64,000 bases of DNA. Source: Convolutriloba macropyga. Its lineage: Eukaryota. The position numbers were made by a program, and so were the translations under genes. The notes under the pieces were generated by a model that worked only from the letters and a program-made list of their open reading frames with translations, made no database searches and was not told where the DNA came from. Location of the stretch: NCBI RefSeq assembly GCF_964194025.1, contig NC_134474.1, positions 17,236,001 to 17,300,000 of the forward strand, read 5' to 3'. Positions 11,849 through 26,419 of the stretch are shown in pieces (the stretch's first letter is position 1; the number at the start of each line of letters is the position of its first letter).

Positions 11849-14800
11849 TAAAATATGCTGCTAAAAGATGCTGCAGATTATGCTGCAGAGCATCCTGCAG
11901 AGTATACCGCAGAATATGCTGCAGAATATGCTGCAGAATATGCTGCAGAAGATGCTGCTAAAAGAGGCTGCGGAATATGCTGCAGAATATGCTGCAGAAA
12001 ATGCTGCAGAATTAACCGCAGAAAACTCTGCAGAATATGCAGCAGGATATGCTGCAGAATATGCAGAAGAATATGCTGCAGAATATGCTGCAAAATATGC
12101 TGCTAAAATATGCTGCAGAATATGCTGCCGATTATACTGCAGAATATGATGCAAAATATGCTGCAGAATATGCTGCAGAATTTGCTGCAGAGTATGCTGC
12201 AGAATATGCTGCAGGATATGCCTTAGAATATGCAGAAGAATATGCTGCAGAATATGCTGCAAAATATGCTGCTAAAATATGCTGCAGAATATGCTGCAGA
12301 ATATAATGCTAAAAGATGCTGCAGAACATGCTTCAGAATATGCTGCAGAATTAGCCGCAGAATAAGATGCAGAATATGGTGCAGGATATGCTGAAGAATG
12401 TGCTGCAGAATATGCTGCAGAATATGCAGAAGAATGCGCTGCACAATGCTGCAAAATTTGCTGCAGAATTTGATTCAGAAAATGGTGCAGCACACGTTGC
12501 AGAATATGCTGCAAAACATGCTGCAGAATATGCTGCACAATTTACTGCAGAGCATGCTGCTGAATATGCTGCAGAATATGCTGCAGAATATGCTGCAGAA
12601 TATGCTGCAGAATTAACCGCAGAATATGCTGCAGAATATGTTGCAGGATATGCTGCAGAACATGCTGCAGAACATGCTGCAGAACATGCTGCAGAATACG
12701 CTGAAGAATACGCTTCAGAATATGCTGCAGGATATGCTAAAGAATGTGCTGCAGAACATGCTGCAGAAAATGCTAAAGAATATGCTGCAGAATATGCTGC
12801 AGAATATGCTGCTAAAAGATGCTGCAGATTATGCCGCAGAACATGCTGCAGAATATGCTGCAGAATTAACCGAAGAATATGCTGCAGGATATGCTGAAGA
12901 ATATGCTGCAGGATATGCTGCAGAATATTCAGAAGAATATGCTGGAGATTATATCGCAGAATATGCTAAAAAAAATATGCTGCAGAATATGCTGCAGAAT
13001 ATAATGCTAAAAGATGCTGCAGATTATGCTGCAGAACATGCTACAGAATATGCTGCAGAATATGCAGAAGAATGCGCTGCAGAATATGCTGCAAAATTTG
13101 CTGCATAATTTGATTCAGAAAATGGTGCAGCTCACGTTGCAGAATATGCTCAAAACATGCTGCAGAATATGCTGCAAAATTTGCTGCAAAATTTGATTCA
13201 GAAAATTGTGCAGCACACGTTGCAGATTATGCTGCAAAACATGCTGCAGAATATGCTGCACAACATCTGCAGAGCATGCTGCTGAATATGCTGCAGAATA
13301 TTCTGCAGAATATGCTGCAGAATTTGCTTCAGAATATGGTGCAGCACATGTTGCAGAATATGCTGCAAACTATGCTGCAGAATATGCTGCAGAGCATGCT
13401 GCACAACATACTGCAGAGCATGCTGCTGAATATGCTGCAGAATATGCTGCAGAATATGCTGCTGAATATGCTGCAGAATATGCTGCAGATTTAACCGCAG
13501 AATATGCTGCAGAAAATGCTGCAGGATATGCTGCAGAACATGCTGCAGAACATGCTGCAGAAAACGCTGAAGAATACGCTGCAGATTATGCTGCAGAACA
13601 TGCTGCAGAATACGCTGCAGAATTAACCGAAGAATATGCTGCAGGATATGCTGAAGAATGTGCTGCAGAATATGCTGCAGAATATGCAGAAGAATGCGCT
13701 GCAGAATATGCTGCAGAATTTGCTGCAAAATTTGCTTCAGAATATGATGCAGCACATGTTGCAGAATATGCTGCAGAATATGCTGCAGAGCATGCTGCAC
13801 AACATACTGCAGAGCATACTGCTGAAGATGCTGCAGAATTAACCGATGAATATGCTGCAGGATATGCTGAAGAATGTGCTGCAGAATATGCCGCAGAATA
13901 TGCAGAAGAATGCGCTGCCGAATATGCTGCAGAATTTGCTGCAGAATTTGCTTCAGAATGTGGTGCAGCACATGTTGCAGAATATGCTGCAAAATATGCT
14001 GCAGAATATGCTGCAGAATTAACCGCAGAATATGCTGCAGAATTTGCTGCAGGATATGCTGCAGAACATGCTGCAGAACATGCTGCAGAATACGCTGCAG
14101 AATTATTCGAAGAATATGCTGCAGGATATGCTGAAGAATGTGCTGCAGAATATGCCGCAGAATATGCAGAAGAATGCGCTGCAGAATATGCTGCAGAATT
14201 TGCTGCAGAATTTGCTTCAGAATGTGGTGCAGCACATGTTGCTGAATATGCTGCAGAATATGCTGCAAAATTAACCGCAGAATATGCTGCAGAATTTGCA
14301 GCAGGATATGCTGCAGAACATGCTGCAGAACATGCTGCAGAATACGCTAAAGAATACGCTTCAGAATATGCCGCAGGATATGCTAAAGAATGTGCTGCAG
14401 AACAAGCTACAGAAAAAGCTAAAGAATATGCTGCAGAATATGCTAAAGAATGTGCTGCAGAAAATGCTGCAGAAAATGCTAAAGAATATGCTGAAGAATA
14501 CGCTTCAGAATATGCTGCAGGATATGCTAAAGAATGTGCTGCAGAACATGCTGCAGAAAATGCTAAGGAATATGCTGCAGAATATGCTGCAGAATATGCT
14601 GCTAAAAGATGCTGCAGATTATGCTGCAGAACATGCTGCAGAATATGCTGCAGAATATGCTGCAGAATTAACCGAAGAATATGCTGCAGGATATGCTGAA
14701 GAATATGCTGCAGGATATGCTGCAGAATATGCAGAAGAATATGCTGCACATTATATCGCAGAATATGCTAAAAGAAAATGCTGCAGAATATGCTGCAGAA

Positions 14801-17085
14801 TTTAATGCTAAAAGATGCTGCAGATTATGCTCCAGAACATGCTGCAGAATATGCTGCAGAATTAACCGCAGAATAAGCTGCAGAATATGCTGCAGGATAT
14901 GCTGAAGAATATGCTGCAGATTATGCGGCAGAATATGCTACAGAATATGCTGCAGAATATGCTGCAAAATATGCTGCCAAAATATGCTGCAGAATATGCT
15001 GCCGATTATACTGCAGAATATGCTGCAAAATATGCTGCAGAATATGCTGCAGAATATGCCGCTGTGAGATTCTGCAGGATATGCTGCAGAATATGCTGCT
15101 AAAAGATGCTGCAGATTATGCTGCAGAACATGCTGCAGAATATGCTGCAGAATTAGCCGAAGAATATGCTGCAGGATATGCTGAAGAATATGCTGCAGGA
15201 TATGCTGCAGAATATGCAGAAGAATATGCTGCAGATTGTATCGCAGAATATGCTAAAGAATATGCTGCAGAATATGCTGCAGAATATAATGCTAAAAGAT
15301 GCTGCAGATTATGCTCCAGAACATGCTGCAGAATACGCTGCAGAATTAACCGCAGAATAAGCTGCAGAATATGCTGCAGGATATGCTGAAGAATGTGCTG
15401 CAGAATTTGCTGCAAAAAATGCAGAACATTGCGCTGCAGAATATGCTGCAGAATTTGATTCCGAAAATGGTGCAGCACACGTTGCAGAATATGCTGCAAA
15501 ACATGCTGCAGAATATGCTGCAGAGCATGCTGCACAACATACTGCAGAGCATGCTGCTGAATATGCTGCAGAATATGCTGCAGAATATGCTGCAGAATAT
15601 GCTGCAGAATATTTTGAAGAATATGCTACAGGATATGCTGCAGAACATGCTGCAGAATACGCTGAAGAATACGCTTCAGAATATGCTGCAGGATATGCTA
15701 AAGAATGCGCTGCAGAACATGCTGCAGAAAATGCTAAAGAATATGCTGCAGAATATGCTGCAGAATAAGCTGATAAAATATGCTGCAGATTATGCTGCAG
15801 AAGTTGCTGCAGAATATGCTGCAGAGTTAACCGAAGAATATGCTGCAGAATATGCTGAAGAATGTGCTGCAGAATATGCTGCAAAATATGCAGAAGAATG
15901 CGCTGCAGAATATGCTGCAGTATTTGCTGCAGAATTTGCTTCAGAATATGGTGCAGCACATGTTGCAGAATATGCTGCAAAATATGCTGCAGAATATGCT
16001 GCAGAGCATGCTGCACAACATACTGCAGATCATGCTGCTGAATATGCTGCAGAATATGCTGCAGAATATGCTGCAAAATTAACCGCAGAATATGCTGCAG
16101 GATATGCTGCAGACCATGCTGCAGAAAATGCTGCAGAATATGCTGAAGAATACGCTGCAGAATATGCTGCAGGATATGCTGAAGAATGTGCTGCAGAATA
16201 TGCTGCAGAATATGCAGAAGAATGTGCTGCAGAATATGCTGCAAAATATGCTGCAGAATATGCTGCAGAGCATGCTGCACAATAAACTGCAGAACGAGAA
16301 CGTGCTGCTGAATATGCTGCAGAATATGCTGCAAAACATGCTGCAGAATATGCTGCAGAATTTGCTGCAGAGTATGCTGCAGAATATGCTGCTGTGAGAT
16401 TCTGCAGAATATGCTGCAGGATATGCTGCAAAATATGCTGCAGAATATGCTGCAGAATATGCTGCAGAATATGCTGCAGAATATGCTGCAGAATTTGATG
16501 CAGAGTATGCTGCAGATTATGCTGCAGAATATGCTGCTGTGAGATGCTGCAGAATATGCTGCAGGATATGCTTCAAAATATGCTGCAGAATATGCTTCAG
16601 AATATGCTGCAGAGTATGCTGCAGAATATGCTGTAGAATATGCTGCAGAATATGCTACAGAATATGCTGCAGAATATGCGGCAGAATATGCTGCAGAATA
16701 TGCTACAGAATATGCTGCAGAATATGCTGCAAAATATGCTGCCAAAATATGCTGCAGAATATGCTGCCGATTATACTGCAGAATATGCTGCAAAATATGC
16801 TGCAGAATATGCTGCAGAATTTGCTGCAGAGTATGCTGCAGAATATGCTGCTGTGAGATTCTGCAGAATATGCTGCAGGATATGCTGCAAAATATGCTGC
16901 AGAATATGCTTCAGAATATGCTGCAGAATATGATGCAGAATTTGCTGCAGAGTATCTGCAGAATATGCTGCAGAATATGCTGCTGTGAGATGCTGCAGAA
17001 TATGCTGCAGGATATGCTGCAAAATATGCTGCAGAATATGCTTCAGAATATGCTGCAGAATATACTTCATAAAATGCTGCTAAAT
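11849..17085. repeat. 12-bp minisatellite, consensus GAATATGCTGCA, roughly 430 units with recurring variant blocks
   Basis: Direct inspection. It explains all overlapping EYAA/NMLQ/ICCR and AAYS/QHIL/SIFC ORFs. Confidence 0.98.
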
Positions 17086-17901
17086 ATACTATAGCAATTT
17101 TCAACATAACTTGAAAAATTTAATCATTATAAACCTCAAATTAGTCTAACGGCATTGTCATATTCAAATTTTTTTTAGTAGAAGTTCTGCAGTGCAAATT
17201 TGCACTCAATAACATTAAACTGCCTTTCGCCGGCAAAACCAATCGTTTAAGTATTACCGCTTAAAGAGACCAACAGAAAATCATACAAGAATAGATTGTA
17301 CAACCTTTCAAGGGAATGAAAACAAAGAAAATGCGGATGAGAGTTGCTGACATTTGAAGCAAAAATAATTTCAACACGCAAAAAATGTGTTAACAGACAA
17401 TCAAGTGAAATAATCAGCATATGAATAAATTAATCTTAGAAGGTAAGACAGAGAACTAAATTTGATTTCGTATTTATTCAAATTAACTCGATTAAAACGT
17501 ATGCTTTTCATGCAGAACAACCTTTTTAAACCTTTTTAAATCTTTTCTTTAATTTTACATGTAACGGAAAATTTTATTAATCTATTTATTTACAGAAATT
17601 TGTATTCATTCAACAGTTACAAGGCGTTAGAGTATATTACTGTTTATGGGATGCTGGTGATAATGATAAATGAAAGGTTTATTGTTTTAGGAAATTTTCC
17701 GCTAATTGTACCATTGTCAATAATTTTTTAACTTTGTACTCTTTGAGAAAAAGCAGATTGTCTGACGAAGAATTTTTTCATCTCCTACAAATCGTATGCG
17801 GAGGTCCATGATTAATATTCTCCCAATCACTGTCTAGTTTTCGTCCTCCGGATTTTGATTGTCATTATTGTGAATGGGCTTTACTGCCGCATTGGCTAGG
17901 C

Positions 17902-18128
17902 TTCTCAAGTATATTTTGCCGCCTAAATGTTGTAGACTTGATTTCATCGACAAGTTTGAATCACAGTCAGCGAAAACAAGCTAAACAAAGGTGCACCTGG
18001 CGAAACAAAAGAAAAGATTGAATAAAGAAATTAAAACAAGGGTCCTATTTCTGAAACAAAACCCAAGGAATTCAAAAAGAAAGACGACAATGGCAACCCT
18101 CCTTAACAGGGACTAGATGGCCTTCGTC
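17902..18128 (+). repeat. Diverged partial copy of the 2.1-kb tandem unit
   Basis: Matches ~19492-19718 (aagtatattttgccgccta...gactagatggccttcgtc) with multiple substitutions. Confidence 0.85.
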
Positions 18129-18520
18129 ATTTGGGGCTCCGATAACAAACACAAAGAATTGTCAACCCTTCAAGTCTTCACCACAGATGTGTATGGAACT
18201 GGGTGGACTGAGGGGATAGAAGACCGTCAATCTTAGCAGAATTTGTCAATGTTCTGATAAGACTTATTTAATCTTAACTTTGAGCAATGTGAAAATTTAC
18301 AACATTTAACTTCTTGAGGCCTTAGAAAGCTACCCCCTGAAGAAGCTTAAGCAACAATTAACAACAGGGTTTGCGTAACTATAACTCAAGATCTTTCCCT
18401 TATTTTGTTTGAAAAACAGGTTTCAGCGAAGCAATTGTTAAAATTATTAGCATTTTTAAATTGTTATATTACAAAGTTTGGGTCCGGCGAATTATGTTAC
18501 AAAGTCTACGTCATCCGAGC

Positions 18521-18626
18521 AGCCAGCACGAACCCAGCAGTGCCCACCACGAGACAGCACGACCCAGCAGTTCCCGCCACGAGCCAGCACGACCCAGCAT
18601 TGCCCGTCACGAGCCAGCACGACCCC
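18521..18626 (+). repeat. GC-rich 30-bp tandem repeat, ~3.5 copies
   Basis: CAGCACGA recurs at 18524, 18555, 18585 and 18615. Confidence 0.85.
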
Positions 18627-18629
18627 AGA

Positions 18630-18990
18630 CTCTCCACCATTGTTATCGAATCAGAGAGGGCTGTCAATGCAAGACCTTTAACACACGTTAAAAGTGGCAT
18701 CGAGGACGAGGACCCGTTGATACCCAACCACTTTCTGATCGGTAGAGCGTTTCCCAATATCCCAGCGTGTGTCTTCAAAGAGACTCCCACAATCCAAACG
18801 AAGATGTGGACCCAAGTGCAACAGCTACTCGAAGCAATCTGGAAAAGACTTCTAAAAGAGTACATTCCAACCATGAACAAAAGGAAGATGTTGTTAAAGC
18901 CTGATGCCAAGTTGGAAGTGAATGACGTCGTTTGGGTTTTGCAAGAATGGACCCCAAGAGGAATTTGACCCCTGGGACGCGTGACAAGGT
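18630..18990 (+). pseudogene. BEL/Pao LTR retrotransposon integrase C-terminal fragment (DUF5641-like)
   Basis: AVNARPLT...PLIPNHFLIGR...WKRLLKEYIPTMNKR...LEVNDVVWV...TPRGI*PLGRVT; the stop replaces the conserved W of WPLGRV. Confidence 0.88.
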
Positions 18991-18994
18991 TAGT

Positions 18995-21900
18995 AAACCA
19001 TCATGAGTTAGCAAATCCAATAAGTCATTGCGTGCTGGTTCGGGCTAAAAAAATGTAAAAAAATGACTGATTTTATTCCAAATTACATTGATTAAATAAA
19101 TCTGCTTCACTTTGGGCAAAAAGGACATAGTCATAAAAACCATCTCAAAAGCATCAGATGACAGATATATTAAAAGCATTTTTGAATTGCTTTCATTTCA
19201 TAATTATAAAAAAACACTTTTACATATTTTTACTCTGAATACTGACAAAATTGTAGCCTTAATTGAAATCTTCACAAAATTTTTTAAACCACGATACTGT
19301 CCTATAATAAACTGAAAACGTAACCCTCCAATTAACATTCTCTTGGCTTGTTTGGTTGTACCTCATATTACAAACTATATCGATTGGCCAATTGTGATCA
19401 ATCAAAAACCCAGTTCAGCGTTGACTATATAGTTTGTACCTTCCTCAACTCATGTGTTAGGTAAGCCCCGAGAATGTTATCGATGTGATAATTCTTAAGT
19501 ATATTTTGCCGCCTAATTGTTGTAAACTTTATTTCTTCGACAAGTTTGTATCAAAATCATCGAAAACAAGCTAAACAAAGGTGCACGTGGTGAAACGAAA
19601 GAAACGATTGAATAAAGAAATTGAAACAAGGGTCCTGTTTCTGAAACAAAACCCAAAGAATTCAAAAAGAGAGACGAAAATGGCAACTCTCCCTGACCGG
19701 GACTAGATGGCCTTCGTCAAGGCTAGCAAAGAATTGTACATTCTCGATGTCACATTCGCTTGCGTTTGGGCTTGCCTGGTTGACAGGAGTCATAGGTTAC
19801 CAAATCCGATGATTTTTCTCTATCCGTAGTACCTGTGGCTTGACATGGCTCATCCAATAACGCCTTATGAAGATGGTTGATCTTCTATAGCTGAGAAATG
19901 TAATTGTGGAAGTGTTGCGTCTGACGCTTTATAGATGCAGATGATTATTCGGAAGCTGAGGCTGAGAGAATAGTTTCTGCTCCGGAGTTTCCCATGTTGG
20001 ACTGCGCAACGGTTGAGAATTTGACTTCATGCGTAAACGAACACGCAATGCAGGTCCCATATTTGGACAGTTGGAATAGAGTTCTCTGCTTGTGTCTCTT
20101 TTTATGTTTAACTTTCTTGTCCCTGTGATTGTTTTTAGGGGTTTTGTTATTAGCCTAATTCTCAAACGTAGTATTTGGATTGTCACTTCTCCCAAATATA
20201 TCTAGGTCACTGTTGCGATTAGTGACTGCTAATTTTTTTGGTTCTTTATTTTTGGCGTTGGAGCAAGAAATAACTAACAGACGTTTAGGTTGAATGATAC
20301 GCAAAAGGAGTTGATCGGTTTTAACGGGCACTTTGATTAATTATATACTACATCGTATAAAAATTTTTTGTATCACGGAAAACAAATGTATTCCAATTGT
20401 GACTGATCTCAATGATACAACTTACATTTCGTCTGATATCATTAAAAAAACTCGATGCAAAATGGTGAAAAAACATATGGATTAAAAAATTGGGATTTAA
20501 ATTTGGTTAATTTCTACGACTTTTTTTCCGAAACTACCTTTCTGTGTTGTGAAAAATTACTCCTGTAATCATTTCTTTCTCAAACTGCATTTCTATATTT
20601 CTCAACCTCCACAGTTATTCGTCATGTGTTTTAATTTCTGAATTCAATCGCCATGATTCGTTTTAATTCTTGACTAAAATCTAAACAATAAACTGCTCTA
20701 ACAAAGAATGTGTAGCAGTAGAAATACTGGATGTACACCTCTTGCCAATCAAAGACTGAGAAGACACTTCTTTTTTATATAAAACTAACTCAACTGACTG
20801 TAGTCAGTCTATTAGAGCAGTTGCACGATGTGTATACCTCTGACTCCGGTGTCAACTCTATTATACATCGTTATAATTGAAGTATACCTTCAGTTTTTTA
20901 CCGAGTCGCTTAGTCTGAGAGCGAATAGGTAAGTCTACTTCGTGCGCAGAGATAAGTAGCCCTAAAGACATCTTCATCCCTTAAGACTGTAAAAGGAGCC
21001 CAGATCGGGTCTGCCTTAAATGCAGATTTATACAAAAGGAAAACAAAACTAAATAGAATTGTGCAGTCGAGACCAAAAACGTACAATAATTGATTCTTGA
21101 GAAAACCATCAAGAGTTAGCAAATCCAATAAGTCATTGCAAGCTGGTTCGGGCTACAAAAATGTTAAAAAATGACTGATTTCATTCCAAATTACATTCAT
21201 TAAATAAATCTGCTTCACTTTGGGCAAAAAAGACATAGTCATAAATACCATCTCAAAAACATCAGATGACAGATATATTAAAAGCAATTTTGAATTGCTT
21301 TCATTTCATAATTTTGAAAAAGCACTTTTACATATTTTTACTCTGAATACTGACAAAATTGTAGCCTTAATTGAAATCTTCACAAAATTTTTTAAACCAC
21401 GATACTGTCCTATAATAAACTGAAAACGTAACCCTCCAATTAACATTCTCTTGGCTTGTTTGGTTGTACCTCATATTACAAACTATATCGATTGGCCAAT
21501 TGTCATCAATCAAAAACCTAGTTCAGCGTTGACTATATAGTTTGTACCTTCCTCAACTCATGTGTTAGGTAGGCCCCAAGAATGTTATCGATGTGATAAT
21601 TCTTAAGTATATTTTGCCGCCTAATTGTTGTAAACTTTATTTCTATGACAAGTTTGAATCATAATCATCGAAAACAAGCTAAACAAAAGTGCACGTGGCG
21701 AAACGAAAGAAATGATTGAATAAAGAAATTGAAACAAGGGTCCTATTTCTGAAACAAAACCCAAGGAATTCAAAAAGAGAGACGAAAATGGCAACTCTCC
21801 CTGACCGGGACTAGATGGCCTTCGTCAAGGCTAGCAAAGAATTGTGCATTCTCGATGTCACATTCGCTTGCGTTTGGGCTTGCCTGGTTGACGGGAGTCA

Positions 21901-24900
21901 TAGGTTACCAAGTCCGATGATTTTTCTCCATCCGTAGTACCTGTGGCTTGACATGGCTCATCCAATAACGCTTTATGAAGATGGTTGATCTTCTATAGCT
22001 GAGAAATGTAATTGTGGAAGTGTTGCGTCTGACGCTTTATAGATGCAGATGATTATTCGGAAGCTGAGGCTGAGAGAATAGTTTCTGCTCCGGAGTTTCC
22101 CATGTTGGACTACGCAACGGTTGAGAATTTGACTTCATGCGTAAACGAACACGGAATGCAGGTCCCATATTTGGACAGTTGGAATAAAGTTCTCTGCTTG
22201 TGTCTCTTTTTATGTTTAACTTTCTTGTCCCTGGGTTTGTGTTTAAGGTTTTGTTATTAGCTTAATTCTCAAACTTAGTATTTGGATTGTCACTTCTCCC
22301 AAATATATCTAGGTCACTGTTGCGATTAAAGACTGCTAACTTTTTTGGTTCTTTATTTCTGGCGTTGGAGCAAGAAATAACAAACAGACGTTTAGGTTGA
22401 ATGATATGCAAAAGGAGTTGATCGGTTTTAACGGGCAGTTTGATTAAATATATACTACATCGTATAAAAATTTTTTGTATCACGGAAAACAAATGTATTT
22501 CAAGTGTGACTGATCTCAATGATACAACTTACATTTCGTCTGATATCTTTAAAAAAACACGATGCAAAAAGGTGAAAAAACATATGGATTGAAAAATTGG
22601 GGTTTAAATTTGGTTAATTTCTACGACTTTTTTTCTGAAACTATATCTCTGTGTTGTGAAAAACTACTCCTGTAATCATTTCTTTCTCAAACTGCATTTC
22701 TTTTTTTTTCAACCTCCTCAGTTATTCGCCATGTGTTTAAATTTCTGAATTCAATCACCATGCTTCGTTTTAATTCTTAACTAAAATCTAAACAATAAAC
22801 TGCTCTAACAAAGAATGTGTAGCAGTAGAAATACTGGATGTACACCTCTAGCCAATCAAAGACTGAGAAGACACTTTTTTTATATAACACTTACTCAACC
22901 GACTGTAGTCAGTCTATTAGAGTAGTTGCACGATGTGTATACCTCTGACTCCGGTGTAAACTCTATTATACAACGTTATAATTGAAGTATACCTTCAGTT
23001 TCTTACCGGGTCGGTTAGTCTGAGAGCGAATAGGTAAGTCTACTTCGAGCGCAGAGATAAGTGGCCCTAACTCTTCATCCCTTAAGCCTGTAAAAGGAGC
23101 CCATATCGGGTCTGCCTTAAATGCAGATTTAAACAAAAGGAAAACAAAACTAAATAGAATGGTGCAGTCGAGACTAAAAACGTACAATAATTGATTCTTG
23201 AGAAAACCATCATGAGTTAGCAAATCCAATAAGTCATTGCGTGCTGGTTCGGGCTAAAAAAATGTAAAAAAAATGACTGATTTTATTCCAAATTACATTG
23301 ATTAAATAAATCTGCTTCACTTTGGGCAAAAAGGACATAGTCATAAAAACCATCTCAAAAGCATCAGATGACAGATATATTAAAAGCATTTTTGAATTGC
23401 TTTCATTTCATAATTTTAAAAAAGCACTTTTACATATTTTTACTCTGAATACTGACAAAATTGTAGCCTTAATTGAAATCTTCACAAAATTTTTTAAACC
23501 ACGATACTGTCCTATAATAAACTGAAAACGTAACCCTCCAATTAACATTCTCTTGGCTTGTTTGGTTGTACCTCATATTACAAACTATATCGATTGGCCA
23601 ATTGTGATCAATCAAAAACCCAGTTCAGCGTTGACTATATAGTTTGTACCTTCCTCAACTCATGTGTTAGGTAAGCCCCGAGAATGTTATCGATGTGATA
23701 ATTCTTAAGTATATTTTGCCGCCTAATTGTTGTAAACTTTATTTCTTCGACAAGTTTGTATCATAATCATCGAAAACAAGCTAAACAAAGGTGCACGTGG
23801 CGAAACGAAAGAAACGATTGAATAAAGAAATTGAAACAAGGGTCCTGTTTCTGAAACAAAACCCAAAGAATTCAAAAAGAGAGACGAAAATGGCAACTCT
23901 CCCTGACCGGGACTAGATGGCCTTCGTCAAGGCTAGCAAAGAATTGTACATTCTCGATGTCACATTCGCTTGCGTTTGGGCTTGCCTGGTTGACAGGAGT
24001 CATAGGTTACCAAATCCGATGATTTTTTTCCATCCGTAGTACCTGTGGCTTGACATGGCTCATCCAAAAACGCCTTATGAAGATGGTTGATCTTCTATAG
24101 CTGAGAAATGTAATTGTGGAAGTGTTGCGTCTGACGCTTTATAGATGCAGATGATTATTCGGAAGCTGAGGCTGAGAGAATAGTTTCTCCTCCGGAGTTT
24201 CCCATGTTGGACTACGCAACGGTTGAGAATTTGACTTCATGCGTAAACGAACACGGAATGCAGGTCCCATATTTGGACAGTTGGAATAAAGTTCTCTGCT
24301 TGTGTCTCTTTTTATGTTTAACTTTCTTGTCCCTGGGTTTGTGTTTAAGGTTTTGTTATTAGCTTAATTCTCAAACTTAGTATTTGGATTGTCACTTCTC
24401 CCAAATATATCTAGGTCACTGTTGCGATTAAAGACTGCTAACTTTTTTGGTTCTTTATTTTTGGCGTTGGAGCAAGAAATAACAAACAGACGTTTAGGTT
24501 GAATGATACGCAAAAGGAGTTGATCGGTTTTAACGGGCACTTTGATTAATTATATACTACATCGTATAAAAATTTTTTGTATCACGGAAAACAAATGTAT
24601 TTCAAGTGTGACTGATTTCAATGATACAACTTACATTTCGTCTGATATCTTTAAAAAAACATGATGCAAAATGGTGAAAAAACATTTGGATTTAAAAATT
24701 TCGGTTTAAATTTGGTTGATTTCTACGACTTTTTTTCTGAAACTACCTCTCTGTGTTGTGAAAAACTACTCCTGTAATCATTTCTTTCTCAAACTGCATT
24801 TCTTTTTCTTTTTCAACCTCCACAGTTATTCGCCAAGTGTTTTAATTTCTGAATTCAATCGCCATGCTTCGTTTTAATTCTTAACTAAAATCTAAACAAT

Positions 24901-25768
24901 AAATTGCTCTAACAAAGAATGTGTAGCAGTAGAAATACTGGATGTACACCTCTAGCCATTCAAAGACTGAGAAGACACTTCTTTTTTATATAACACTAAC
25001 TCAACCGACTGTAGTCAGTCTATTAGAGTAGTTGTACGATGTGTATACCTCAGACTCCGGTGTAAACTCTATTATACAACGTTATAATTGAAGTATACCT
25101 TCAGTTTCTTACCAAGTCGGTTAGTCTGAGAGCGAATAGGTAAGTCTACTTCGAGCGCAGAGATAAGTAGCACTAACTCTTCATCCCTTAAGACTGTAAA
25201 AGGAGCCCATATCGGGTCTGCCTTAAATGCAGATTTATACAAAAGGAAAACAAAACTAAATAGAATTGTGCAGTCGAGACTAAAAACGTACAATAATTGA
25301 TTCTTGAGAAAACCATCAAGAGTTAGCAAATCCAATAAGTCATTGCGTGCTGGTTCGGGCTACAAAAATGTAAAAAAATGACTGATTTTATTCCAAATTA
25401 CATTGATTAAATAAATCTGCTTCACTTTGGGCAAAAAATACATAGTCATAAAAACCATCTCAAATGCATCATATGACAGATATATTAAAAGCAATTTTGA
25501 TTTGCTTTCATTTCATAATTTTAAAAACGCACTTTTACCGATTTTTACTCTGAATACTGACAAAATTGTAGCCTTAATTGAAATCTTCACAATATTTTTT
25601 AAACCACGATACTGCCCTATAATGAACTGAAAACGTAACCCTCCAATTAACATTCTCTTGGCTTGTTTGGTTGTGCCTCATACTACAAATTATATTGATT
25701 GGCCAATTGTGATCAAGCAAAGCCTAGTTCAGCGTTGACTATATAGTTTGTACCTTCCTCAACTTGTG
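18995..25768. repeat. Tandem repeat with ~2.1-kb unit, ~3.2 copies
   Basis: The same MGKKDIVIK ORF recurs at 19112, 21220, 23322 and 25427 (periods 2108, 2102, 2105). Confidence 0.96.
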
Positions 25769-25804
25769 TTGTGATCAGAACAATAATTTTACTACAAAAA
25801 AACC

Positions 25805-26390
25805 TGTGATATGGTATACAATGGTCATTGTCATTTGTATTGCTAAAACCCCTAGTTCCATTTAATCTATAATTTATTTCAGTTTTGTCATTTTATTTTC
25901 TTTTTGTTCAAACCTTGATTTGAAGATTAAATCTTCCTGGTTCATGCCTGCTAAATTTTTTTACTTAATATTGTGATTTAATTGTCTGTTCATACTGTTT
26001 GCTCGTTTTGCTTTACCGCAATTTTCCATTTTTAGTTATGTTACGTTATGATCAAATTGCTGATCACAATTCTGCTGTTCCTATTTATTCATTCTCTTGA
26101 ATCTAAATTCAATTTTCAATTGACTCTCTTCATTTCGAATTTCGCTCCGCGGATCACTCAATTCAAAATATCAGATATAACTCTAATTTCGCTGAAATAC
26201 CAGTCCAAAAGTTAACGCTATATTTGCGACGCGAATACCACTTAAAAGTGAGGCTCAGAAAGCTTAATCTACTGAATACAAATTTAGTAGTGGAAACGCT
26301 CCGCGAAATCACTAATATTTTCGCAGCAACTAAAATTGTAAAGTCGCTCAGCAAACACACTCTACTACAGAAGACAGTTTCTGTACGACA
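25805..26390 (+). repeat. 5' LTR (586 bp)
   Basis: TGTGATAT...GTACGACA; aligns with 31885-32486; followed by a TGG-starting PBS. Confidence 0.95.
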
Positions 26391-26401
26391 TGGTGCAGTC
26401 A
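26391..26401 (+). promoter_or_regulatory. Degenerate primer binding site (tRNA-Ser type)
   Basis: TGGTGCAGTCA directly after the LTR; one mismatch from the first 11 nt of the other element's PBS, and both are followed by ATCACGAAAAACCC. Confidence 0.7.
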
Positions 26402-26419
26402 ACTCGCGAATCACGAAAA

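Noticed and set aside
11752-17107. Long EYAA/MLQN/QHIL ORFs (up to 497 aa) as a repetitive structural protein
   Set aside because: The 12-bp unit is stop-free in all frames, and frequent non-triplet indels switch frames with no preferred frame; no unique flanking domain.
19112-19315. Repeated MGKKDIVIK ORF as a multicopy gene
   Set aside because: TTG start, short, no recognisable motif; the recurrence is explained by the tandem duplication.
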